A stretch of DNA of 62,885 nt, filler included, from Welwitschia mirabilis (Eukaryota): NCBI GenBank assembly GCA_051453625.1. It is 4 parts of one record of this genome, joined end to end, with 100 filler letters (N's around TTAATTAATTAA, not from the genome) between each part and the next. Parts side by side here need not be neighbours in the genome. Positions count along the whole stretch, not along the records: positions 1 to 27,519 come from JBOZIK010000001.1; positions 27,620 to 55,936 come from JBOZIK010000001.1; 2 more parts are not named here. One strand, 5' to 3'. Below the pieces are notes generated by a model that had not been told where the DNA came from, made no database searches, and was given only the letters and a program-made list of their open reading frames with translations. Both the position numbers and the translations under genes were made by a program. Within the stretch, counting starts at the first letter, position 1. Every line of letters starts with the position of its first letter. This document shows positions 24,640-37,703 of the stretch, one piece after another.

Positions 24640-25690
24640 TTGGAAGAGGCGATGTCGAGGCGCGAAGAAAACGGAGATACACAAGTGGTAATCACTGAAC
24701 CTGGCGTTGTATTCCTTGAATGACCTCGATTCTCCTTTACAGCCAACACTTCCGCGAGGAGTTATCACTGTCTCCTCCGGCAGACAAAAACTCGAACTCT
24801 GCGTCTCCTGCCTTCTCCTCTTTGTGTATCTGCATTCTGTTTTGGTGAAACCCTAGGGTTTTGCAGTCCGTTTTTCCATGGAGTATTCTTCCAGAGTTCG
24901 CTTTAGAGGAGAAGTCGTGAATCCATATTCGAGACTGAAGTCTTGTCTTTACATGCCAATTACAAAGCCCGGAACAGTGTTTATAGTCTTGAGAATACCG
25001 CGGCTTGCGAAAACAGACAAATAAGATGATGCAGTGGCGAGCAAAAAAGTGATAGTGCATGAGGAGTTATCAGGCGGAGAACTACTCCTACAAAACTATG
25101 ATTCTCGATTTCATTTACTATCTATCTGAAGGATTTTGTGAATCAAGTTCTTCGGAAAGTATGTGCCATAGCTAAGACTAAATGAAGGACGAAAATAGGG
25201 GGATCTGGAACGGAGGAGGGATCAGCGAGTGTTGCAAAGTCACTAGAAGTAGCAGCTGGACAGTCTCTGATTGCAAGGCACGGCCGATTCATCTATCTGA
25301 AGTCCGATGGGAAGACTAATCGTGCACTGCTGTGCACGGACGGTGCTGAACTGAGGCTCAAAATGGAAGCACGAAATGAAAGCACAGATTGTGCCAGAGG
25401 CACAAAACAAAGGCTGGAGGATGGAAACGGAGAGCGAAACAAAGAAAAAATATAGCAAAACAGCAGCTTTGATGCCGGGTGTCGGAATCAACGGCAGAAA
25501 GAGCAGCTTAGGATACAACGTTTAAACCGACTCACGCCAAAGGCAACCAAGTTATCTTCTGCATCTCACTCGCTCCCATTTCTTACACTCTAACTGGATT
25601 TGTAGCCACTGTGTTACCGAATCTAGTTCAATGCTAACTAGTTTTAGCTGTTGAAGATGGGGGGGAAGAGAGAGAAAAAATCTTTTATAA
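24640..25690. promoter_or_regulatory. CpG-retaining, GC-richer island with promoter/5'UTR-like features; function unknown
   Basis: About 44 CpG in 24650-25620 by manual count, versus about 5 in 23050-24340 and about 2 in 25640-26640. Palindromic double telo-box AAACCCTAGGGTTT at 24848-24861. Minus-strand TATAAAAG (~25682-25689) followed by a CT-rich patch. Confidence 0.45.
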
Positions 25691-27519
25691 AAAAGAAAAA
25701 TATCTTTTCCAACAGAAAAAATCTCCTCCACTTATGAATGGATAATTTAACAGGGGTTAATAAGATAATTGTCTACATTTATATAAAAGATTTTTTTCAA
25801 GATTCAACGTTAACTAAATCATGGTGGTTTAAGTGTATGATGAAAAATGGATGATGATAATGGTGAGATTGAAATGAAAATTGTTCAACCTAAGGATTTT
25901 CACTCCTCAAAATAATTGTAATGTTATGTTGGTTGTGTTTGGGTTGATCAAATTTGGTAAGGTTTGTTCTACATTATATGTGATTGGTAAGTATGTAGTT
26001 GTTTTAGTGAGGCCATCATCTAATGTAAGTTATCAATTGTTGTGAACAATTTAAGACAATGAAAAGAGAATAACTCCCACTTGTGCTGATATTACTGTTT
26101 CTTTATTACTTATCACACTTACTAATAAGATATCACTTGCTATTTTTTGTGCATTAAAAGTTGTGCTTATCGATATGGTTACATTCAATTTTCAAGTAGA
26201 AATATAGCTTGTGATGATGTTGCATTTAGTACTTAGTGGAAACATGTACTTGAGAATTAAATGTTTTTTACTCACTCCATAGTCCTCTTTACACTCAAAA
26301 ATTATGACTCTCATAGTAGTTGTACCATTTATCATAAAGGTTCCTCTTATGTCTTAGTTTTGCATAATAATAAAAATGATCATTCCAATTAACATTTTGA
26401 TTGAACACATTAAAATCTAATGAACTTGCCTTGGCTAATATTTTTTTTACTTCAATGAAACTCATAATAAGTGATGATATTCTCAAGTATAGGTTAAATA
26501 AGGAATTTTTATGTTTTATTTTTATATATTTATGTAAATATTAAAAATCTCTTACTAGTACAAAGCTTTTCTTGTTCAAATGAGTATCATACATAAGGTG
26601 GAAATAATTCTTTCTTATTTTTCTAATTTAATGATTCCCTACTAAAAATTAGTTAAATTTAAAAGAATTGTATTTAATGGTAAAGTATTCAAAATAAATT
26701 TTATGAAAATCCTTCATAGAATTGTACATTACTAACCCTTAAACACTAGAGGGTTTAAGGTTGTGTTTACAAATTTTGTCTCACATAGGATTTTTTGGAA
26801 TTTAGCTTATAGTAAACAACTTGTATCCATAATGGAGGGAATCCTTGCCCTTATCTTACTTCCCTCACCAGTCTAATTTAAAATTGATTTTTTATAATAT
26901 ATTACTTTCTTAAGTTTGTTTGCAATGTGAATTAACAAGTATTTTATTCCTAATTTATCCTTCTTCAACAAAAAGCACACCACTATTATGATTACTATTC
27001 ATTCATTTTTTAACATGTAGAAGAAATACTAGAAAGTGAATAATCGACTAATTCCTAAGAATACATCTTATGAATAAAATTTAAGCATATTTCTTAAGAT
27101 AGAAATAACTAAATGTAATTAAACATACATTAATGTACTTTATTAACTAAAATAGAAATTCCTCTTTTCAATTATCATATAAGACAATAAGCATGGAAAG
27201 AGAAAAAAAGCAGTACTTAACTAATTTTAACTTGATCAGTTATATTGTGTTTGAACTTCCTTTTTTATGTGATCTACATTTTTTAGTGCCCAATGTTTGG
27301 GTTAACACTTGCCAACCTAAAGTATAATCATAAGTTTCTTATTCTATTTAGAACCCTTTATAATGTTACTAAAGAAAATGAAATAAAAAGAAATAAAAAA
27401 CTCAAAAACTAAGTCAACTTTTACCTAGAAAGTAGAAATCCACATGGTTTAAAATTAAAATCATCAATACTTTTCCCTCAATGGTACCAAAAATAATGAT
27501 GATTATTTAATTTATAACA

Positions 27520-27619
27520 NNNNNNNNNNNNNNNNNNNNNNNNNNNNNNNNNNNNNNNNNNNNTTAATTAATTAANNNNNNNNNNNNNNNNNNNNNNNNN
27601 NNNNNNNNNNNNNNNNNNN
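27520..27619. other. Artificial scaffold-joining spacer (44N-TTAATTAATTAA-44N)
   Basis: Exactly 100 bp, with the 12-mer at 27564-27575 placing stops in all six frames. The identical construct occurs three times. Confidence 0.95.
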
Positions 27620-30019
27620 AAAATACCTATTCTTGCCTGGGCCATACTGGGGGCTGTAAAATTTTCACAGTTCACATTCCTTATCTTTTTGTGACGGGTG
27701 GAAAATCTGGTGTCTGATTGCTGAGATGGCATGAGTTCATTATGTATCGTTGGATCTAAAATGGTGGACGAATTCTATGATTTACTATATCTCTTGTGCT
27801 ATCAAAGTTAATTACTTGAACTCATGAACAATCATTATGTCAATTATTATTTTGATGAGAGATGGATTCTATTTATTCATAATTGTGTGTCTTACATTTT
27901 TATATTAAATGATAGTTTTCCTTTTTGAAATAAAATTTGTTTATTAGAGGTCATACTTTCCAGTTATTATCTGATAAAATTGTTAAAATCTTAAATCTCT
28001 ACCCATGTGTGTATGAAATACTATTTCGGATATCGAATTGAAAGATTATGGATTCTTGGGTATCTTTTTGGAATAGACCTGAATTTGTGCATTATTATTA
28101 TGTTGTATTCGAAAAATTTTATTGGCAAATTCAATTTAATGGACATGTGACATTCCCTACTTTCTCAAAGTTTGAAGACCTATTTAAATTANNNNNNNNN
28201 NNNNNNNNNNNNNNNNNNNNNNNNNNNNNNNNNNNNNNNNNNNNNNNNNNNNNNNNNNNNNNNNNNNNNNNNNNNNNNNNNNNNNNNNNNNNNNNNNNNN
28301 NNNNNNNNNNNNNNNNNNNNNNNNNCCATAATACCCATCCTTTTATGTGGGCCACAGGGATAAGGCAGATCTTAATAATTTGAAAATTTTAAGGAATAGA
28401 TGTTAGTTCTATATCAAATGGTACAAACCATTTGAAAGGGAGAGGCTCTCTCTCAAAGCAAGGGGGTCCCACACAAATATTAATATGGAGGATAGGCGTT
28501 ATCTCAAACTAAAAATCAAAAATTAAGTAATAATCATTGCTAGTGCTCAGATTCAAACTGCTCACCACTAGTTTTGTTTTTGTCTTCTCTTACAGTTACA
28601 CCACCAATGCGTAATTATTAAAATAATGCCAAGCTTATAATTAAGACACGTGAGTGTTACAGCTCCAAAAATGGTTGTTGCCATGANNNNNNNNNNNNNN
28701 NNNNNNNNNNNNNNNNNNNNNNNNNNNNNNNNNNNNNNNNNNNNNNNNNNNNNNNNNNNNNNNNNNNNNNNNNNNNNNNNNNNNNNNNNNNNNNNNNNNN
28801 NNNNNNNNNNNNNNNNNNNNNNNNNNNNNNNNNNNNNNNNNNNNNNNNNNNNNNNNNNNNNNNNNNNNNNNNNNNNNNNNNNNNNNNNNNNNNNNNNNNN
28901 NNNNNNNNNNNNNNNNNNNNNNNNNNNNNNNNNNNNNNNNNNNNNNNNNNNNNNNNNNNNNNNNNNNNNNNNNNNNNNNNNNNNNNNNNNNNNNNNNNNN
29001 NNNNNNNNNNNNNNNNNNNNNNNNNNNNNNNNNNNNNNNNNNNNNNNNNNNNNNNNNNNNNNNNNNNNNNNNNNNNNNNNNNNNNNNNNNNNNNNNNNNN
29101 NNNNNNNNNNNNNNNNNNNNNNNNNNNNNNNNNNNNNNNNNNNNNNNNNNNNNNNNNNNNNNNNNNNNNNNNNNNNNNNNNNNNNNNNNNNNNNNNNNNN
29201 NNNNNNNNNNNNNNNNNNNNNNNNNNNNNNNNNNNNNNNNNNNNNNNNNNNNNNNNNNNNNNNNNNNNNNNNNNNNNNNNNNNNNNNNNNNNNNNNNNNN
29301 NNNNNNNNNNNNNNNNNNNNNNNNNNNNNNNNNNNNNNNNNNNNNNNNNNNNNNNNNNNNNNNNNNNNNNNNNNNNNNNNNNNNNNNNNNNNNNNNNNNN
29401 NNNNNNNNNNNNNNNNNNNNNNNNNNNNNNNNNNNNNNNNNNNNNNNNNNNNNNNNNNNNNNNNNNNNNNNNNNNNNNNNNNNNNNNNNNNNNNNNNNNN
29501 NNNNNNNNNNNNNNNNNNNNNNNNNNNNNNNNNNNNNNNNNNNNNNNNNNNNNNNNNNNNNNNNNNNNNNNNNNNNNNNNNNNNNNNNNNNNNNNNNNNN
29601 NNNNNNNNNNNNNNNNNNNNNNNNNNNNNNNNNNNNNNNNNNNNNNNNNNNNNNNNNNNNNNNNNNNNNNNNNNNNNTGCATTATCAACCCCTCCCATGC
29701 CGCCTTTGTTCTCACCTTGTCTTCATAGGTTGTGCCCTGCATTTCACCATGTCCATACATTTTCTGAGCCACCTGTGAGCACCTTATCACTGCTAGTCTC
29801 TCCTTTGTGCCATTTGCATATGTCTCATAGCACATTGCCCTCCTTCTGTGCACTCCTCATCTGTGTTTTTCTTCAGTCGATTCTCTGCTTGCACCCCCCT
29901 CATCTGTGCGCTTTTCTTGCATCTCAGCATTACTAGTTCATGTCATTTGACAGCCTTCTTTCTCCTGTGTGTTCCTTCATCCTCTCTANNNNNNNNNNNN
30001 NNNNNNNNNNNNNNNNNNG

Positions 30020-31390
30020 ACCTGCATGTGTTTTCTAAGAAGGGGACAGCATGTTAATGTCCTTGTCTTTTCCTCTTCCCTTCCTTTGGCATCTCACTAC
30101 CAATGTTCTACTTGATGCCTTCCTTTTATCAGTTGAAATTTTGCCTGTGCATCCCTCCTGCCTCCATATTATGCATTCTTTGAAATGTAAGCACATTAGC
30201 TTCAGCACTCCACCGTCAGTGCTACGCATAACTCTTCTCTTGATTTGTTTGCAGAAACCCCTTTGCTCAGCTGTTTCTAATGCTTCAATGCACAATGCCA
30301 ATCCAGATCGTTAAAATCTCTCAAGAAAATGCTTGATTCCCTGCTAGCGCCATCAATTCTTGGGTTTTCATTTCTGCTTGCAGAAACAATTCTGTCTAAT
30401 AGTGTTTTGTAATGCCTTCCAGCATGGAATGCTCTGCTTTTGAAACGCTTCTATTTCTGTTGCATTTCTTCAATGCATACCCTTTATTACGCCATTTTCT
30501 CTCTTCATACATTTGTGCAAGCTCTGCTACTTATCATTTTAGTGCATCCTAAAGTCGTTTTCTTCAGTCTGTGTTTTTCAATCATGTGTCTTCAGGCCAT
30601 ATCGCGTTCCTCTTTTGGATGTTTGCGTAGCTTTTGATGATAGCGTGTTTTTTGANNNNNNNNNNNNNNNNNNNNNNNNNNNNNNNNNNNNNNNNNNNNN
30701 NNNNNNNNNNNNNNNNNNNNNNNNNNNNNNNNNNNNNNNNNNNNNNNNNNNNNNNCTGCATGTGTTTTCTAAGAAGGGGACAGCATGTTAATGTTCTTGT
30801 CTTTTCCTCTTCCCTTCCTTTGGCATCTCACTACCAATGTTCTACTTGGTGCCTTCCTTCTATCAGTTGAAATTTTGCCTGTGCATCCTTTCTGCCTCCA
30901 TATTATGCATTCTCTGAAATGTAAGCACGTTAGCTGTAGCACTCCACCCTCAGTGCTATGCATAATTCTTCTCTTAATTTATTTGAAGAAACCCCCTTTG
31001 CCTAGTTGTTTCTAATGCTTCAATGCACAACGCCAATCTAGAACATTAAAATCTCTTAAGAAAATGCTTGATTCCTTGCCAACGCGATCAATTCTTGGGC
31101 ATTTCATTTCTGGTTACAGAAATAATTCTGTTTGATAGCATTTTGTAATGCCTTCCAACATGAAATGCTTCACTTTTGAAACGCTTCTATTTCTGCTGCA
31201 TTTCTTCAATATGTACCCTTCATTACGCCGTTTTCTCTCTTCATACATTTGTGTAAGCTCTACTACTTATCATTTTAGCACATCCTAAAGTCATTTTCTT
31301 CAGACTGTGTTTTTCAATCATGTGTCTTTAGGCCACATCGCATTCCTTTTTTGGATATTTGCATAGCTTTTGTTGATAGCGTGTTTTCTG
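30020..31390. repeat. ~635-bp direct duplication across a 100-N gap; unassigned repeat
   Basis: 30021-30655 and 30756-31390 both run CTGCATGTGTTTTCTAAGAAGGGGACAGC...GATAGCGTGTTTT with scattered substitutions. Confidence 0.9.
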
Positions 31391-32779
31391 AATGTTTGAC
31401 TCAATTATCTTAATGCATACTTTCCCTTCTTACCAGCGAAGTGATGTGCCCATTCAGTTTGCTAAGATCAGGTTTTTTTTGAAAACGTTGTTATAAGGAC
31501 CAGGTATGGCTCCCTCCTTCTTATTGCTTTCAAATCAAGGATTTCACAGATAAATTAGCTAGTGCAGTTGGTTGTTAAGAAAGCCTCCAAAAAAAAATGG
31601 TCTTGGGATCAATTCCCAATGGAGACACAAACATCCCTTAGCTTTTCTCCTAGTTTANNNNNNNNNNNNNNNNNNNNNNNNNNNNNNNNNNNNNNNNNNN
31701 NNNNNNNNNNNNNNNNNNNNNNNNNNNNNNNNNNNNNNNNNNNNNNNNNNNNNNNNNNNNNNNNNNNNNNNNNNNNNNNNNNNNNNNNNNNNNNNNNNNN
31801 NNNNNNNNNNNNNNNNNNNNNNNNNNNNNNNNNNNNNNNNNNNNNNNNNNNNNNNNNNNNNNNNNNNNNNNNNNNNNNNNNNNNNNNNNNNNNNNNNNNN
31901 NNNNNNNNNNNNNNNNNNNNNNNNNNNNNNNNNNNNNNNNNNNNNNNNNNNNNNNNNNNNNNNNNNNNNNNNNNNNNNNNNNNNNNNNNNNNNNNNNNNN
32001 NNNNNNNNNNNNNNNNNNNNNNNNNNNNNNNNNNNNNNNNNNNNTTCTAGTTGTTATTCCTAGCTTGCCCCTTTTGGTAATGGAGCCTTTAACGTTTTTA
32101 AAGGTTTTCAACTATGGAACTTCTGGGCTGTTTCAGACAGCCTAAACCTAGAGGTCTTGGATTTAAACCCTTGCACTAGTAGGGGGCATAGTTAAAGTTC
32201 AAACCTCTACATTAGCAAGAGAGCATAGTGAATCTCATCTCAAAGAAACATTAGTAAATATAAACATGAAGAATAATATAAATTTATTCTAGAAGCTAAA
32301 TTACTATAGAAGTTACAAATTGAACTAAAGTACAAACGATATTTAATGCTTTAGCAACCATCAACTTCAAATGTTAATAGATGATCCATTAATAAGAGAT
32401 GAAGGGATAATTAATTTGAAAACTAATAGCAGACATCCCTAAGTTGGGTATTAGAAAAAGAGGAAAAGATAAGAATCAATTTCACACTAGTTTTGCTCTT
32501 TTTTTAATTTAGAGTATTAATTTGTACCTAATTACATTATAGTTACATTGTAATTAATTTGATAATGCTCTTCTTCCAACTATTACAAACTAATCATACC
32601 ATATAAATAATAATTATGCTCTCACATTATGATGTGATGTCTTTCTATATTTACTTTATTTTTAGGTATCATTATAATATGAGTGAAATGAAAGTCTCAT
32701 CACTTTATAGTGAAGACAATTACCTATTTCCATAGATTTTATTGATAGCATCTCGAGGTTTACTTTCTTGATTACATGA

Positions 32780-32782
<3 letters not shown>

Positions 32783-32810
<28 letters not shown>
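32783..32810. repeat. (TA)14 microsatellite
   Basis: Perfect TA run. Confidence 0.95.
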
Positions 32811-32815
<5 letters not shown>

Positions 32816-33449
32816 AATCTCGTGATATTACCATTGCAAGGGATAAGACTTTTAATGAATTAAAAATAGTCAAAAAATTAAAGTTATAATAAAATTTTAA
32901 ATTGTAATGTATTGATTATGAAATTAATTCTTATATTATTAAATTTAAAAATTGATCAAATTGAAGGTATAGTTAAAATTTACTTTTATTAGTTCATTAA
33001 GATGCTTATATGATTATGCATCCAAAAGGGGATTAAGACACCTAATAAAATCTAGAATTCTAAGAACATAATTTCTAAGTAATATTAATTTGATCTTCAT
33101 TCTTCTTATTTAATAATTACATAAACCACATAAGGATAGATGTATGATAACATCTAAAATCAAGATATTCTTTTGTAGAACACTCGTAAAAAACTAGGGT
33201 TTGAATGATACAAAATTATAGATCTAAACAAAATCCCTTAAATCAAAAAGTAGATTTTTAAATCTCTAAATTACTTAACCCTTAAGCTTTAAAGTAGACT
33301 AATGTTATGATATAATACTAACCTATGATGTAAAATTATAATACTAATATACTAATCAAACTCCTAATCCTAAATTCAAGAAGAAACTGAAAACTGAAAA
33401 AATAATGTAGAATAATAATAGCGGTAACAATAACCTTCATCATATAAAA

Positions 33450-36400
33450 ACCCCATAAAAAACCATGGAATATTTACAATATTGTAATGTTAGCAGCTAC
33501 ATAATAATAAGAATATTATGAGGTTATGATATAATGTTAATGTACATAGGAATTTGTTTTTTTGAAAAGAGATAGAAATGCTTGTGTTATAATACATAAG
33601 ATCATAGTACCAAATCAAACTTGAAAGGAAATCAGCTAACAAATAGGCATCACATAGCCTAAAGTAAAGTATTTGAGCATAATAAATAAATAAGTTTACT
33701 GCATATAAAGGGTAATAGAGAAGGATAAATGAAATTTCACTTATAGCCTTGAGGGCTAGGAATATCAGTTCTACCAACTAAAATTTATTCTGTGTTCAAT
33801 ATGAAATCGAATAGGACTTGTAGAGAAAATGTTACCTTGAAAGAGAGATTTATTATGATCTTTCCAAATCTGATAAAAAAGAATGAGTATAAAAGCATTC
33901 CAAACATAATTCTTTACTTTGTTTTAGTTTTACTTTTAGAATCTGATTATCATCCAAATGGAGTTATCAATCCTAAGATTAATATGAAGATCATTGAGTT
34001 TTCTCCGAATGTGAGTAATCAAACCATAATGAAGGAAAAGATGAGAGTCTTCTTTAGTCTATCCACATATGCATGCATTATTATGAATTATTCTTCTCTG
34101 ATAAAGATAATGTTTTGATGGTAGTTTTCCTTTGAAAAGCTTATAAGCAAAAACTTTATGTCTATGTGTTAAGACTCCGATGCATCAAAACTAGCTTTTT
34201 CGTCTCATTCACAATGATTCATCATACTTGTATATCCTATTTGAATATTGTACTAGTCATTCATATTCCACTAATAATCCTATTTATTATGTGCTATTTT
34301 TTAACATAATCAATCCTTGATTTTTTCAAAAGCTCGCTAAGTAAGGGAGGCATCCACTATTCTTGGTACTTGATAAAGAAAACATTTTCATAAAGGTATT
34401 TATGCTTCATAATTGAAATTCAAGGTTTATTTCTGTATGCAAGTTCCATAAGACCTTACTTATAAACGAAAATATTCATAGCTAGTAATTTTGTAAGACC
34501 AAGGCCTCCATCCCCTTTTTTCATACAAGTATCTTTTTAATTAATAGTATTCATAGTTCTACTACCATCATTAGAACATGAAAAGGATCTTTTTATCTTA
34601 TCTGGAGAGTTAATAATAGATTTAGAAGAATTAAGATTAGACATGAGACAAAGAAAAATATCATAAAGACAAGATCTAATAAGCTAAAATATACTTGCTT
34701 GAGAAAGAAGATAAGCCTTTCAACTGATCAATCTTTTGTGGACTTTATCTATCACATCACTCCACATATCTTTATTCATCCTAGTGATAAATAGAAGAAA
34801 CCTAGATATTTTATAAGAAAGTGGTTTATACTACATCCAAGGATATGGTTTAACATATTTGTCTCATTTTCTTCAACATTAAAGTAATACAACTTACTCT
34901 TGTAAAGATTAATCATAAGCTCTAAAGCTTGGGAAAATTCTTGTAAAAATGTCTTAATAGTAATAGTATAGGATAAGTTGCCTTTACTAAAGTTCATTAT
35001 ACCATCCACAAAATATGAGTGGGTAAATTTCTTATACCATAAGTAGGGGTAATACCTTTCATAAGGTCTTTTTCCTTAAGAGATCTAAGTCTTGAAAAAA
35101 TTCCTCCATAGCTAAAATAAAGAGATAATAAGAAATAGAATCCCCTTGTCTTAGACCATTAAGAAAATTAAAAGAGGTAGTTTTAAAACCATTAATAAGA
35201 ATACAAAAATTAATAAAAGTACAAAAATATTTAAGTTTATTGATTTGATAACTATGAAAGCCATGCCTTTGAAGTATCTTTATCATATATTTCCAATTGA
35301 TTCTATCATAGGCCTTAGAAATATCTAGTTTGAGAGGAATATTGGGCTTTTATTTATCTATAAGTAAAATGAATGATTTCTTAAACTAAAATAAATTAGC
35401 TATGATTTAACATACTTTTACAACTTCTACTTATTCTTAAGTCATAATATGTAGAATTATCATTTTAATCTTTAGAGTAATAAATTTTTAGAGAATATTC
35501 TATACTATTAAATATAAACTAATGGGTTTAACGTCCTTAAAGGCTTTATCATTTTCATTTTGGGGAGGAAGAATGATCTAATTTAGTTGAACTCCTTAAT
35601 AAGCTTATTTGATTTTCAAAAATTAAGAAACATATTAAAGAAGGTCTTCATTAACTAAATTCTAATTATTTTTAAACAATTTAATTAGAAAGTNNNNNNN
35701 NNNNNNNNNNNNNNNNNNNNNNNNNNNNNNNNNNNNNNNNNNNNNNNNNNNNNNNNNNNNNNNNNNNNNNNNNNNNNNNNNNNNNNNAGAACATCAAAAG
35801 ATATAGTTTTAAAACCATTGATGAGAATATAGAAATTACTAGAAGTATAAAAATATTAAGTTTATTAATTCCAAGACTAGAAAAGACATACCTTTAAAGT
35901 ACCTTTGATATATATCACTAATTAAATCTATCATAGGCTTTGAAAATATCTAGCTTGAGAGAAATATTTGATTTTTTTTTGAAACTAGAATTAAAATGAA
36001 TGATTTCTTATACTAAAAAAAAACCTAATTTAGGATTTGATGTTCATTCACAAATCTTTCTTGTTCTTAAGCCATAATACTTAGAAGTATCCTTTTAATC
36101 CCTAAAGCAAGAAATTTTTAGAGTATTTTATAGACTATTAAGCATAAACTTATGGGTCTAAAATCATTGAAGGCTTTAGCATTCTCTTTTTTAGAAATAA
36201 GGGTGCTCCAGTGAAGTTGAACTTCTTAATAAGATTATTTGATTTTGAAAAATGAAAAATCATATTAATAATGTTTTCCTTAACTAAGTACCAATTACTT
36301 TAAAGAATTCAACTAGAAAGTCATTTGCATTAAGAGATTTATTATGTTACTTTCAGAAGACAACATTTCTTACATTATCCATTAAGGGATTTTTGTTTAA

Positions 36401-37703
36401 CAATCCAATATGTTCTAGATGGAGCTTTTTGTTAATAGCTTGTACCAAAGTGTCTATCTTATGATTATCAATTAGATTTTCTTAACTACTAACACCCTTG
36501 AAAAATTTAGGTGCTTCCTTTTCAATGTCCTTTTGGTTAGTAAGCCACTAATCATTTGAGCCTTTAATGCCTTTAATGTGAGAATTCAAATGTTTAATTG
36601 AAGCATAAGAATGAAAAAATTTACTATTGTTATTAGTAAACTTGTTTTGATCTAATCCTATAAGTTGATTTCAATAAAGATGTTCCTAGTTTTTAAGCTT
36701 ATAATATTGATGCAAGAGACTCCATTCTCTATTTCTCTTATCTTTAGTCCATTCTGTTAATTTACTATATTCTTGAATAGCAAAGATATTTTTCTTAAGT
36801 TGTTTTTTATATTGTTTTCAACTATTCTTATTGGTGAAATACTGTCTAAGAATTTTATCTTTAATAGCCCTAAGTTTGGATCAAAGATTATATTGAGTGC
36901 AACTTGGCATATCCAATTTTCATGTACAATGCATAAGATTTGAAATCTCTTCACAGTTTTTCTGAGTTTTCTCCAGTTAAAAAATATTTAGAGGCATAGC
37001 CATATTATAATTTGTGGTTAAGAATATTGGCCAATGATCTAAGCTTATTCTAGGTAATTTCTAATCATCGTATTTTAAAACTAGAGAACTTAACATGAAT
37101 AGTACATAAAATGAACTACTTTATAACAAACCCTTTGGATTCCTTTTTTTCATATTATCCCAAGTATATGGGTAGTTAAAAAGAGGAATATCTATAAGGA
37201 GAGCTATTTTAATCCCATAGCTTAGAGCTTTAGTATTCAAGTCCCACCAATTATTGCCTTTAATTTTTTTATGAGTTAATAACATTATGAAAATCACCAC
37301 AAATCAGAAAGGAAAGAGTTAAGTTTACCTCTTGAGGAAAAAGTACTTCAAAACTAAAGTTTTTTTTTTTTTTTTGTGATAACTAAATCATATATATTTG
37401 TAAGTATCTAAGGATTTTCTTAATTAATCCTATTCATCAATATCTAATCCGAGGCATTAAACAAAGATATATGTAAAGAGTTCTTCTATATAGTTTAAAT
37501 ATTCCTTCATCTACCACTGGCTAACTTGATGGAAAAACCTATAGTTTTTAAAAGCTTCTTAATAATCTAAATACTAAAAATATTCATCCATTTTGATCTC
37601 CTACAAACAAATAATATCAACACTTTTTCAACCCACCATTGAAGAATGGTGTCTTTTCATAAGGTGTATTACAACCCCTCACATTCTAACTAAGAGTTCT
37701 CAT
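33450..37703 (-). mobile_element. L1-clade LINE ORF2 remnant (APE endonuclease-RT-C-terminal region), with a duplicated RT segment
   Basis: From the ATG at 37703: MRTLS*NVRGC; DIICL*EIK; LICGDF; PYTWDN; DFRPISLC; LKLDIFKAYD; GLRQGDSISYYLF; THSYFVDG; KYLG; DGGLG. The left boundary is approximate. Confidence 0.88.

Noticed and set aside
24737..25518. 107-aa and 91-aa minus-strand ORFs in the CpG island
   Set aside because: No recognisable domain; ORFs of this length are expected in GC-richer sequence; the 91-aa ORF starts at a non-ATG codon.
25570..25610. Possible copia PBS/LTR boundary for the Tork-like gag
   Set aside because: CTCTAACTGGATTTGT is too far from the expected GCTCTGATACCA, and no partner LTR was found.
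26000..27200. Faint Helitron-helicase-like or viral peptide traces on the minus strand, including ORF 26295-26486
   Set aside because: Only 3-5 residue resemblances, with no ordered motif series.
27472..27519. Degenerate minus-strand Athila-type PBS (TTTTTGGTACCATTGAGGGAA) and LTR edge
   Set aside because: Plausible, but cut by the scaffold end, with too little sequence to support a feature.
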